This document shows positions 27,320-35,838 of a stretch of DNA of 51,201 nt, piece after piece. Source of the DNA: a virus. Taxonomy: Duplodnaviria; Caudoviricetes. A model generated the notes under the pieces. It did no database searches. It saw nothing but the letters and a program-made list of their open reading frames with translations, and was not told the DNA's origin. The stretch lies in IMG/VR virus record IMGVR_UViG_3300025138_000060, positions 1-51,201 of that record; one strand, given 5' to 3'. Numbering within the stretch: the first letter of the stretch is position 1; each line of letters opens with the position of its first letter. The position numbers were made by a program, and so were the translations under genes.

Positions 27320-28534
27320 ATGCACCAATCATTATTGAATACCTGCCTTAGCAATAAATTTTATAACAATAACAAAACGAAGCTTAGAACTTCATTATTT
27401 GAGGAAACGCAGCAAGACTTATACAAAACAATCGTTTCAATGCACGATAAGTTTGAGAAAGATATTACACCACAAGAGCTTTTTAATTTTTGGAAATCGG
27501 AAAATCCTACGAGTACAGGTTCGTGGACACACGAAATTGAAAATGAAATCTCTTTAGTCGCAGAGTCTAAATCCTTAGATACGGAAATAGCTCACACCAT
27601 AATAGAAAATATCTGGCGGCAACACGTTGGCCTAGACATTGCTAACTTAGGTATCGCTATGTCTGAAGGCGATACTGGTAGTATGGATAAACTAGTTACG
27701 TTACTAGATCGTGTTTCGAAGGGCTATATGCCTGATGACTTTGCCGAAGATGTTACAGATGACATTTACGAACTTCTCGCGGTAGTCAGTAATGATAATC
27801 GTTTCAAATTTAACATCGAGACTTTGTCGCGCAATTGCTACGGCATAGGTCGGGGTGAATTTGGTGTGATAGCTGCTTACTCAAATGTAGGTAAAACTGC
27901 ATTGGCAATTAGTTTGTGTGCCGCTCCGGGCGGCTTTTGCCAACAGGATGCCAAGGTCTGCTACATTGCAAACGAAGAAGTAGCTAAACGTACCAAGCTT
28001 CGAGCTATTCAGGCTTATACTGGAATGACGAAGGAAGAGATCGAGTTCGATCCTCAAGCCGCCGCTGCTCGATATTCTGGTATTAAAGACCGACTGATAT
28101 TTGTAGATGCACAAGGCTGGGACATTCAGATGCTGGATGCTTACCTAAACAAGCAAAAGCCTGAAGTCTGTATCGTTGACATGGCGGATAAAATTGCACT
28201 GACCCAACTCTTCAATAGTGGGCATGAGCGACTACGTGAGCTATATTACAGATTACGTGAGTTAGCCAAGAAGCATGACTGCGCCCTGATTGGATTGTCT
28301 CAGGCCAGTGCTGAAGCTGAAGGTAAAACACGGCTTACTCCGACAATGCTGGAAGGCTCCAAGGTGGGTAAGATTGCAGAGACCGATATACTCATTGGTG
28401 CTGGAAAAATGAATGATGCAGAAAACCCTGATGATCCCACCCGCTACTTAACAGTGATGAAAAACAAAATTTCTGGCTGGCACGGGACTGTTATCTGCCA
28501 ACTGAATGCACAAACCTCACGCTACGAGGTTTAA
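27320..28534 (+). CDS. SF4 (DnaB/T7 gp4-like) replicative helicase
   Basis: Walker A AYSNVGKT, ANEE, IVDMAD, LSQA, KNKISGWHG. Confidence 0.9.
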   Translation: MHQSLLNTCLSNKFYNNNKTKLRTSLFEETQQDLYKTIVSMHDKFEKDITPQELFNFWKSENPTSTGSWTHEIENEISLVAESKSLDTEIAHTIIENIWRQHVGLDIANLGIAMSEGDTGSMDKLVTLLDRVSKGYMPDDFAEDVTDDIYELLAVVSNDNRFKFNIETLSRNCYGIGRGEFGVIAAYSNVGKTALAISLCAAPGGFCQQDAKVCYIANEEVAKRTKLRAIQAYTGMTKEEIEFDPQAAAARYSGIKDRLIFVDAQGWDIQMLDAYLNKQKPEVCIVDMADKIALTQLFNSGHERLRELYYRLRELAKKHDCALIGLSQASAEAEGKTRLTPTMLEGSKVGKIAETDILIGAGKMNDAENPDDPTRYLTVMKNKISGWHGTVICQLNAQTSRYEV

Positions 28535-28535
28535 T

Positions 28536-30686
28536 ATGAAAATTCTTATTTTAGACTTAGAGACTACTGTCGAGCGTATCGAAGGTCGTATAGACAACTC
28601 GCCCAAAAACCCGCGCAATAAGTGTGTGTCTGGTTATTGGGGGTGGTTAGGCACAGAGACTGTAGATTACGTAAAGAAGGCAGTCTGGTATCACAAAGAT
28701 TATGATGGCTGTGATCCAACAGATGAACTGAAAGCAGACTTATTGGCTGCTGATATGTTGGTTTGCTACAACACAAAGTTTGATGCTGAGTGGCTGCTTG
28801 AAATGGGGTTCAGACTACCGCCCTTGGTCTATGACTGTATGATCATCGAGTACTTACTTGCCAAAGGCCAACGCAGACCTCTGTCACTGAAAGCCAGTGC
28901 CATCAGACGTAAGGTAAACAGTCTTAAAAAATCTGAATTAGTAGATGAAATGTTTAAGTCCGGTACTTGTTTTTCAGAGATGCCGTTAGACGTTGTTAAC
29001 GAGTATGCGGAAGCAGACGTAAAGGCTTGTGGCGAGTTGTATATTGCCCAGCTAGAGATCTTAGATCGTGAACATAATCAATCTTTAAAAAAAGTCATAC
29101 CCTTTATGAATGAGATGCTTTTGTTTCTGTGTGAAATAGAAATGAATGGTGTGAAAGTCGATCTAGAAGCCTTGGAAGAGGTTGAGCGAGAGTTCGAAGC
29201 TGAGAAGGTGATAATAGAAACTAGGCTAAATGAGTTAGTTGAACTGGTTATGGGCGATACCCCTATTAACCTAAATAGTGGGGCGGATCTGTCCTCTGTC
29301 GTGTACTCTCGTAGGGTAATTGACCGACATATTCATCAACAGACCTTTAACATTGGCACGAATGAAGCAGGGAAGTCTCTCAGGCCACCTTACATGAGCA
29401 ACAATCAATTTGTTGAGGCTGTTCGAGCTACCACTAACATAGTCCACAAGACGCAAGCTACCGTGTGCCCTGACTGCAATGGCATTGGCTCGATACAAAA
29501 GTTCAAAGTAAAAACTAAAATTAAATTGGGTAAGAAGTATCGGGTACAAGGCGAAGCATATAAGAACCGAACTAAATGTAAAACTTGCGAAGGCGTAGGT
29601 GCTATTTACGTAAGCACTGGGGTTACTGCGGGTCTCAAAATGTCCCCAAGCTCACCATATGACGCTAGTATTAATGGCTTTAAGACCGATAAAGAAACTA
29701 TCAAAGCATTAATTACGCAAGCACACAAAAAGCAGAATGACACAGCGGTGGAGTTCCTGACTAAGATTAGTAGGCTTAATGCTCTGTCTACTTACTTAGA
29801 TAGTTTTGTTGCAGGTATCCAAAGAGGCACACGCAACAGTGGATTTCTTCACGCTAATTTTAATCAGTGTGTCGCGGCTACGGGACGATTGTCGAGTGGC
29901 GGTGGTATGTCCATCAACTTACAGAACCAGCCTAAGCGAGGATTTCCGGTACGCAAATGCTTTGTCAGTCGATTTAAAAACGGGAAAATAATTGAAAGTG
30001 ATTATGTCGGACTCGAATTTAGGACGGCAACGGAACTGTCTAGGGATTCACAAGGACTAGCTGACATATTAGAAGGTAAAGACATACACAGACAGACGGC
30101 TAGCATCTGCTTACAGAAACCCGCTGACGCAGTAAGTAAGGATGAAAGACAAGGCCATAAGTGGGCGAGTTTCCAGCCTCTTTTTGGGGGTACTGGGGCA
30201 GGGCAGCCGCCTCATATAAAGTCATACTTTGAAAAGTTCTATTCAATTTATCCGGGCATACACTCTTGGCATCAGTCATTAATGACGGGCACTTTGAAGA
30301 ATGGCACAGTCGAAACGCCGTCTGGTAGAATGTACTTTTGGCCCAACGTAACTAGAACAAAAAACGGGCGGGTCACAAGTGCTACTCAGATACTAAACTA
30401 CCCCGTCCAAGGCTTCAGTGCTGACCTTGTGCAGCTTGCTTGCATCAGGGCACATAATTTATTTAAACAAGAAAATCTACAGTCAAAACTGATACTTACA
30501 GTCCATGACAGTATTTGCGTAGATGCCCATCCAGATGAAGTTGAGCAAGTAAAAAACATACTGACTATTGCTATGACGGGCGTTGGAGATGAAGCAGAAA
30601 AACGCTTTGGATACAAAACAGTAGTGCCTTTAGACATAGAAATTTCGGGTGGAAAAAACTGGTTAGATCAAGAAGAATACGCTTGA
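28536..30686 (+). CDS. Family A DNA polymerase with DnaJ-type zinc-finger insertion
   Basis: Exo LDLET, NTKFD, YAEAD; TGRLSS; motif A DYVGLEFR; NYPVQG; motif C TVHDS; CPDCNGIG/CKTCEGVG. Confidence 0.93.
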   Translation: MKILILDLETTVERIEGRIDNSPKNPRNKCVSGYWGWLGTETVDYVKKAVWYHKDYDGCDPTDELKADLLAADMLVCYNTKFDAEWLLEMGFRLPPLVYDCMIIEYLLAKGQRRPLSLKASAIRRKVNSLKKSELVDEMFKSGTCFSEMPLDVVNEYAEADVKACGELYIAQLEILDREHNQSLKKVIPFMNEMLLFLCEIEMNGVKVDLEALEEVEREFEAEKVIIETRLNELVELVMGDTPINLNSGADLSSVVYSRRVIDRHIHQQTFNIGTNEAGKSLRPPYMSNNQFVEAVRATTNIVHKTQATVCPDCNGIGSIQKFKVKTKIKLGKKYRVQGEAYKNRTKCKTCEGVGAIYVSTGVTAGLKMSPSSPYDASINGFKTDKETIKALITQAHKKQNDTAVEFLTKISRLNALSTYLDSFVAGIQRGTRNSGFLHANFNQCVAATGRLSSGGGMSINLQNQPKRGFPVRKCFVSRFKNGKIIESDYVGLEFRTATELSRDSQGLADILEGKDIHRQTASICLQKPADAVSKDERQGHKWASFQPLFGGTGAGQPPHIKSYFEKFYSIYPGIHSWHQSLMTGTLKNGTVETPSGRMYFWPNVTRTKNGRVTSATQILNYPVQGFSADLVQLACIRAHNLFKQENLQSKLILTVHDSICVDAHPDEVEQVKNILTIAMTGVGDEAEKRFGYKTVVPLDIEISGGKNWLDQEEYA

Positions 30687-30711
30687 TTACGCCACCTAGT
30701 TAGCGTATAAT
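30684..30711 (+). promoter_or_regulatory. sigma70-type promoter (approximate bounds)
   Basis: TTGATT-17 bp-TATAAT. Confidence 0.65.
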
Positions 30712-30738
30712 GAAAGTTCCCAATTAAGGATTTAATTA

Positions 30739-31560
30739 ATGTCAGAACTAATACTCCAAGAAAATGGTTTATCGATAGATGAAATTAGTGCCCAGTTAGG
30801 CGCTGCCTCGACTCAAACTGGGCCAAGCATACCAAGCCTAGCTATGAATTATGATGGTGAGAATGGCCCAATGGGTGCGTTCTATCTCAAGACAGGTCAA
30901 GATCAAGCTTACGCAACTGAAGGCGTAAAGTTTAGAGCGTTTAGTAACCATATCCAATATCAACATTGGGGAGATGATAATTCTTTAATTAACAAATCTC
31001 TTATGATTAAAAATGCGAGGGAAGAAGCAAGAGATCAACTAGGCGGCGTTAATTGTGGAATGCCTTCCTATGATGACCTGATGCAACTCGATATTGAGCA
31101 AAGAAAAAAATATCAGGGTATTGATAGATATAGAGTAGTACGAGGCTTAGTCTCCTATGTTGGGAAGACTTCGGATGGTCGTGAAGTTACGATAGAAAAC
31201 CAGCCGTGTATTCTGTCTGTAAAACGTAAAAACTACGGCCCGTTTTGGCATGACGTTATAAAAAAACTTCCTCAAGGAATGAACCTGTGGGACTTTGAAA
31301 GCATACTTTCGAAAGAGACCCAAACTAATTCTCATGGCAAAAAGTATTATGTTATGCACTTTGCTCCACAGTTCGGTAGCCCCATCCCAATGGATCAGCT
31401 TACCTACGACAGTCTTGCTCACGTAACTAACTTAATCACCGCAGAGAACAAGCGGATCGATGAGATGTATAAAGCAGTTTCGATGGATATTGCAGACGCC
31501 TCTGCCTCAGAGCGCATTGCAGATAAAGTTCAAGCTAGCTTGGATGCAGACGTAGCATAA
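30739..31560 (+). CDS. Putative ssDNA-binding protein
   Basis: 273 aa, position after polymerase, acidic end; function from synteny only. Confidence 0.5.
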   Translation: MSELILQENGLSIDEISAQLGAASTQTGPSIPSLAMNYDGENGPMGAFYLKTGQDQAYATEGVKFRAFSNHIQYQHWGDDNSLINKSLMIKNAREEARDQLGGVNCGMPSYDDLMQLDIEQRKKYQGIDRYRVVRGLVSYVGKTSDGREVTIENQPCILSVKRKNYGPFWHDVIKKLPQGMNLWDFESILSKETQTNSHGKKYYVMHFAPQFGSPIPMDQLTYDSLAHVTNLITAENKRIDEMYKAVSMDIADASASERIADKVQASLDADVA

Positions 31561-32330
31561 TGGGTATTATTATAGATATGAGCAATGAGGCGTACCACAA
31601 ACAAAGTGGTATTTCCTCTACCGCAGTAAAGTCTGTCTATAAGAAAAGTCTTGCTCACTGGAAGGGCGAGAAACGTGTACAGACAGCAGCTTTTTCAATG
31701 GGGTCTGCTGTTCATGCATTACTTTTGGAAGAAAGTAAGGAATTAGTAATTAAAGGGCCAAAGACTAGGCGTTCTAAAACTTTTACCGAGATGGAAGAAA
31801 AGTTAGAGCCTGATCAAGTGATACTCACAGAAGTTGAATACAACGTAGCTAATAAGATAGCGCGAGAAACCTTAAATAATAAAAACTGCGAAGCTTATTT
31901 ACGTCATAAAGATAGGCAAAATGAGGTTAGTATATTTGCAGAGTGTGAACGGACGGGATTGGTCATAAAAACCAGACCGGACTTGTTTATACCCTCTGAG
32001 GGCACTGTTTTTGACGTAAAAACTACTCAAGATGCAAGTCCAATTGGGTTCGCAAAAGAGTGCTGGAAGTACAATTACGATTTGCAAGCTGCGTTCTACA
32101 TTTACACCTGCAAAATGGCTGGACTTTTAGTCGATAGTTTTAAATTTATTTCAGTTGAAAAGGCAAGTCCGTATGCCTCTCATATTCACGTAGTTAGTCC
32201 AGAATTATTGGATAATGCTACGGAACGAATGCACAATACTTTAGCTATTATTGCTGAAGCTACTGAGAAAGAAGAATTTGGCACTGGGTGGGGTGAATAT
32301 AGCATCCTTGAACTCCCCAAGTGGCTATAA
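31560..32330 (+). CDS. PD-(D/E)xK exonuclease (RecE/DUF3799-like)
   Basis: SNEAYH..ISST, GSAVH, KTRPD, DVKTT, YDLQAAFY. Confidence 0.85.
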   Translation: MGIIIDMSNEAYHKQSGISSTAVKSVYKKSLAHWKGEKRVQTAAFSMGSAVHALLLEESKELVIKGPKTRRSKTFTEMEEKLEPDQVILTEVEYNVANKIARETLNNKNCEAYLRHKDRQNEVSIFAECERTGLVIKTRPDLFIPSEGTVFDVKTTQDASPIGFAKECWKYNYDLQAAFYIYTCKMAGLLVDSFKFISVEKASPYASHIHVVSPELLDNATERMHNTLAIIAEATEKEEFGTGWGEYSILELPKWL

Positions 32331-32689
32331 CTACAGCCAGTGCCAAACAGAAGGGCCGAAAGCATCAGCAGTGGGTTAGGGACATTATATTAAGTCTTTA
32401 TCCCCAGCAACTCCTTCCCGATGATGTTAAGTCCACTTCTTCCGGCGCTGGCGGCGAGGACGTTCAGCTAAGTCCCGCTGCCAGACGCCTATTTCCTTAT
32501 TCTATTGAGTGCAAAGCTTACAAGTCTTTCGCATTTTACAAAATTATGGATCAGGCCGCTGCCAATGCTCCAAAGGGTGCAGAGCCACTAGCTATTATTA
32601 AAGGGGATCGCAAAAAGCCCTTAGCAGTGGTCGATGCAGAGCATTTTTTTAAGTTAACTAAAGAGGTGACTAATGAGCATTCCAACTAA
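32321..32689 (+). CDS. Holliday junction resolvase-like endonuclease
   Basis: AKQKGR, GAGGEDV, SIECK. Confidence 0.75.
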   Translation: MAITTASAKQKGRKHQQWVRDIILSLYPQQLLPDDVKSTSSGAGGEDVQLSPAARRLFPYSIECKAYKSFAFYKIMDQAAANAPKGAEPLAIIKGDRKKPLAVVDAEHFFKLTKEVTNEHSN

Positions 32690-33017
32690 TTCTATTCGTT
32701 TAGATATATTTATTGATCCGCCCACTGGTGATTTACAGATTGATGTTATTGATAATTTAACCGCAGACCTCGGCTCGAAGCAGGTAAGTTACTATTCAGA
32801 CGTAGTAAGTGGGTTAATAGCTAAGTTACATTCTGAAATAGGAAGTTTTCAAGAACACGGGTCATTGTTACGAGAACTGTCTGATCTTTATGATCACATT
32901 GATAATTTAGAAGACGATCTTGGTGTTGAGTTTGAGCCAGATGAAGAGCTTTTAGAGGCAATTAAAGAAAAACAAAAAGACGGCAATGTCGTCAAATTTA
33001 AGAAAAAGTTACACTGA
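32673..33017 (+). CDS. Hypothetical protein
   Basis: 114 aa, GAGGTG RBS, NVVKF..KLH end. Confidence 0.7.
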   Translation: MSIPTNSIRLDIFIDPPTGDLQIDVIDNLTADLGSKQVSYYSDVVSGLIAKLHSEIGSFQEHGSLLRELSDLYDHIDNLEDDLGVEFEPDEELLEAIKEKQKDGNVVKFKKKLH

Positions 33018-33319
33018 TGGCTAAGTGGGGCGCAATCCCGCCAGTGGAACCGTGGACTAATCATTTAACTATGAAGACGCCACACAAACCCGCTCCTGAC
33101 GTTGTGAACAGTCCACCTCATTATAACGAAGGCACGATTGAATGCATAGACGCAATGAAGGCTATGGCAGACGGCGTACTGAATGTCTCTGCACATGAAG
33201 CTTACTGTTGGCAGAATGCTTTCAAATACCTTTGGCGGTGGCCTTACAAGGCTGGCGTTGAGGATCTGAAGAAATGCCGTTGGTACTTAGATCGTTTAAT
33301 TGAGGAGTTAGAAGAATGA
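33017..33319 (+). CDS. DUF3310 (T7 gp1.7 nucleotide-kinase-like) protein
   Basis: VNSPPHY..G.IECIDA...NAFKYLWR..K..EDLKKCRWYL. Confidence 0.85.
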   Translation: MAKWGAIPPVEPWTNHLTMKTPHKPAPDVVNSPPHYNEGTIECIDAMKAMADGVLNVSAHEAYCWQNAFKYLWRWPYKAGVEDLKKCRWYLDRLIEELEE

Positions 33320-33795
33320 AATCACCATCTAAAATCGGTTGCTCCAGAGATGAACAATTATTGTATGCTATGGCTGAAGCGGGTTCAGAATTTCCTACTC
33401 AGGATTATTCTTCTACCCCGCTGGAAATGGTCACAGAGTTTGCAGAATGTATGGGGCAACCGCTTAATGTTCCTTGGTGTGAAGACAAGCCTCTCGAAGA
33501 ATTAAGATGGGACATGATCAGCGAAGAATACGAAGAAGCTTTTGATGAGAGTTGCTACAAAAAAAACCCTGAAAATATGCTTAAAGAACTTGCTGATATG
33601 TCAATTAATATTAATGGCTACTGCGCCACTTACGGTTGGAACTTAGACGAAGCCATCCGCCGTGTTCATCTCTCAAACATGAGCAAATTGGGCCAAGACG
33701 GCAAGCCCGTAAAAGACTCCAGAGGCAAAGTGCTGAAGGGGCCAAACTACAAACCAGCAATACTCACAGATTTAGTGGAGACCAATAATGAGTAA
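33316..33795 (+). CDS. MazG-like / PRA-PH-family nucleotide pyrophosphohydrolase
   Basis: EEYEE, KELAD, VHLSNMSKL, GKVLKGPNY. Confidence 0.8.
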   Translation: MKSPSKIGCSRDEQLLYAMAEAGSEFPTQDYSSTPLEMVTEFAECMGQPLNVPWCEDKPLEELRWDMISEEYEEAFDESCYKKNPENMLKELADMSININGYCATYGWNLDEAIRRVHLSNMSKLGQDGKPVKDSRGKVLKGPNYKPAILTDLVETNNE

Positions 33796-35692
33796 TTATT
33801 TACCTACAGACTATCAGACGTTTATCGCCACCAGCCGTTATGCACGTTGGCTTGATCAGGAAGGCCGCCGTGAAACGTGGTCCGAAACTGTCTCTCGCTA
33901 TATGAAAAATATAGTTATGCCCATTACTGGAGATGATAGTTATATAAAGAATATCGAACAAGCTATCTTAGGCTTAGAAGTAATGCCTTCGATGCGCTCC
34001 TTGATGACGGCGGGGCCAGCCGCTGCACGGGACAATACTTGTATGTATAATTGCTCTTACTTACCTGTAGATGATCCTAAGTCATTTGACGAAGCTATGT
34101 TCATTCTTCTCTGTGGAACGGGTGTGGGCTTCAGTGTTGAGCGCCAGTTCATCAGTAATCTTCCAGATGTGCCAAAGCTCTTTGAGAGCGACACAATCGT
34201 TATGGTTAGGGATAGTAAGGAAGGGTGGGCTAAAGCGTTTAGACAAGTTCTTGCTCTCCTTTGGGCTGGTGAAATTCCTAAATGGAATATAAGTAAGGTG
34301 AGACCAGCGGGTGCGAGGCTTAAAACCTTTGGGGGAAGGGCATCCGGCCCCGCTCCGCTGGTCGATCTGTTTAATTTTGCAGTTAGCACTTTCAAGGCTG
34401 CACAGGGCCGAAAACTGTCGAGCATCGAGTGCCACGATCTAATGTGTAAGATTGGTGAGGTAGTCGTAGTAGGTGGCGTAAGACGATCTGCTATGATTAG
34501 TTTATCAAATCTATCAGACGATCAAATGCGTCATGCTAAAAGTGGTAAGTATTTTGAAACTAATCCCCACCGCAACTTAGCAAACAACTCTGTAGCATAT
34601 TCACAAAAGCCAGACAGCATGAGCTTTATGCGCGAGTGGATGGCTTTAGTTGAAAGCGGATCTGGTGAGCGGGGTATCTTTAATCGTCAGGCGGCAAAAA
34701 CACAGGCTGCTAAGAATGGTAGGCGTGAGGCTAACTACGAATTTGGGACCAATCCTTGTTCTGAGATAATTTTAAGGCCAAACCAATTTTGTAATCTTAC
34801 TGAAGTAGTTGTAAGGGCCACAGACACAGTCGAAGATTTAGCTCGTAAAGTCCGTATCGCTACAATCTTGGGTACTATACAAAGTACTTACATAAAGTTC
34901 CCTTACCTACGTAAGACTTGGGAGACTAATACCGCAGAAGAGCGTTTGTTAGGGGTATCTCTAACAGGAATAATGGACAATCCATTAATGACTACTGCTA
35001 ATGCGGCTTTGCAAAAAACTTTGGGGCATTTAAAAGATGTTGCTATTAACACTAATATTGAGTGGGCTGAACGCCTTGGCATCCCTCAGTCTACTGCTAT
35101 TACGTGCGTTAAACCTTCCGGTACGGTATCACAACTGGTTGATAGCGCCTCTGGTATTCATGCTCGTCACTCACCCTATTATATTCGTACTGTTCGTGGT
35201 GATACTAAAGACCCACTAACTCAGTTTATGATAGACCAAGGCATTCCTAGTGAACCAGAAGCATTTAAACCTGATCAAACGACAGTATTTAGCTTTCCCA
35301 TGAAAGCTCCTAACGCTGCTGTATGCACTAAGGATATGACGGCTCTTAAACAGCTTGAGATGTGGCTATTGTACCAAAGACATTGGGCAGAACATAAACC
35401 AAGTGTCACTATTAACGTAAAGAAAGACGAATGGTTTGAAGTAGGTGGGTATGTGTATGAAAACTTTGACGAAATGTCGGGCGTTTCATTCCTACCATAT
35501 GACGATCACATTTATCAGCAAGCACCTTATCAAGAGTGTGATAAAACAACATATAACGAGTTGTTAAAAAAAATGCCGTCTAAGATAGATTGGTCTGCAT
35601 TGTCAGACTATGAACTCGAAGACACTACAGTATCTATGCAAACACTTGCGTGTTCTGGAGACAGTTGTGAGCTAGTAGATATATCTGCGTAA
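33788..35692 (+). CDS. nrdJ: Class II (adenosylcobalamin-dependent) ribonucleotide reductase
   Basis: NPCSEI, CNLTE, KPSGT, C-terminal ACSGDSCE; no beta-subunit gene. Confidence 0.9.
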   Translation: MSNYLPTDYQTFIATSRYARWLDQEGRRETWSETVSRYMKNIVMPITGDDSYIKNIEQAILGLEVMPSMRSLMTAGPAAARDNTCMYNCSYLPVDDPKSFDEAMFILLCGTGVGFSVERQFISNLPDVPKLFESDTIVMVRDSKEGWAKAFRQVLALLWAGEIPKWNISKVRPAGARLKTFGGRASGPAPLVDLFNFAVSTFKAAQGRKLSSIECHDLMCKIGEVVVVGGVRRSAMISLSNLSDDQMRHAKSGKYFETNPHRNLANNSVAYSQKPDSMSFMREWMALVESGSGERGIFNRQAAKTQAAKNGRREANYEFGTNPCSEIILRPNQFCNLTEVVVRATDTVEDLARKVRIATILGTIQSTYIKFPYLRKTWETNTAEERLLGVSLTGIMDNPLMTTANAALQKTLGHLKDVAINTNIEWAERLGIPQSTAITCVKPSGTVSQLVDSASGIHARHSPYYIRTVRGDTKDPLTQFMIDQGIPSEPEAFKPDQTTVFSFPMKAPNAAVCTKDMTALKQLEMWLLYQRHWAEHKPSVTINVKKDEWFEVGGYVYENFDEMSGVSFLPYDDHIYQQAPYQECDKTTYNELLKKMPSKIDWSALSDYELEDTTVSMQTLACSGDSCELVDISA

Positions 35693-35708
35693 CTAGTTAT
35701 TTTTACAT

Positions 35709-35740
35709 AAAAAAACCTACAGATCGCTTGACCTCTAGGC
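35709..35740 (-). terminator. Terminator of the late ejection-protein operon
   Basis: Minus strand CCTAGAGGTC-AAGC-GATCTGTAGG followed by T7; overlaps -35 of sRNA promoter. Confidence 0.6.
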
Positions 35741-35756
35741 TCGTTTATTGTAAAAT
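35728..35756 (+). promoter_or_regulatory. sigma70-type promoter of candidate sRNA
   Basis: TTGACC-17 bp-TAAAAT. Confidence 0.75.
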
Positions 35757-35762
35757 GTTACC

Positions 35763-35838
35763 AGAATAAGGTTAATGATTGGTCACCTTGTTCGTTGGTT
35801 GGAAACCCCTTGCTTTGGTTGGCGAGGGGTTTCTTTTT
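35763..35838 (+). ncRNA. Candidate ~76-nt trans-acting small RNA
   Basis: Promoter, hairpin GAATAAGGT/ACCTTGTTC, linker, 12-bp terminator stem plus T5; complementary to many phage RBS regions. Confidence 0.7.

Noticed and set aside
28536-35692. Introns or inteins in polymerase or RNR
   Set aside because: Reading frames are continuous, lengths are normal and no intein terminal motifs were seen
35763-35802. sRNA seed as a relic minus-strand gene leader
   Set aside because: No ATG/GTG/TTG follows AAGGTGACCAATC on minus, while the plus strand has a complete promoter-terminator unit
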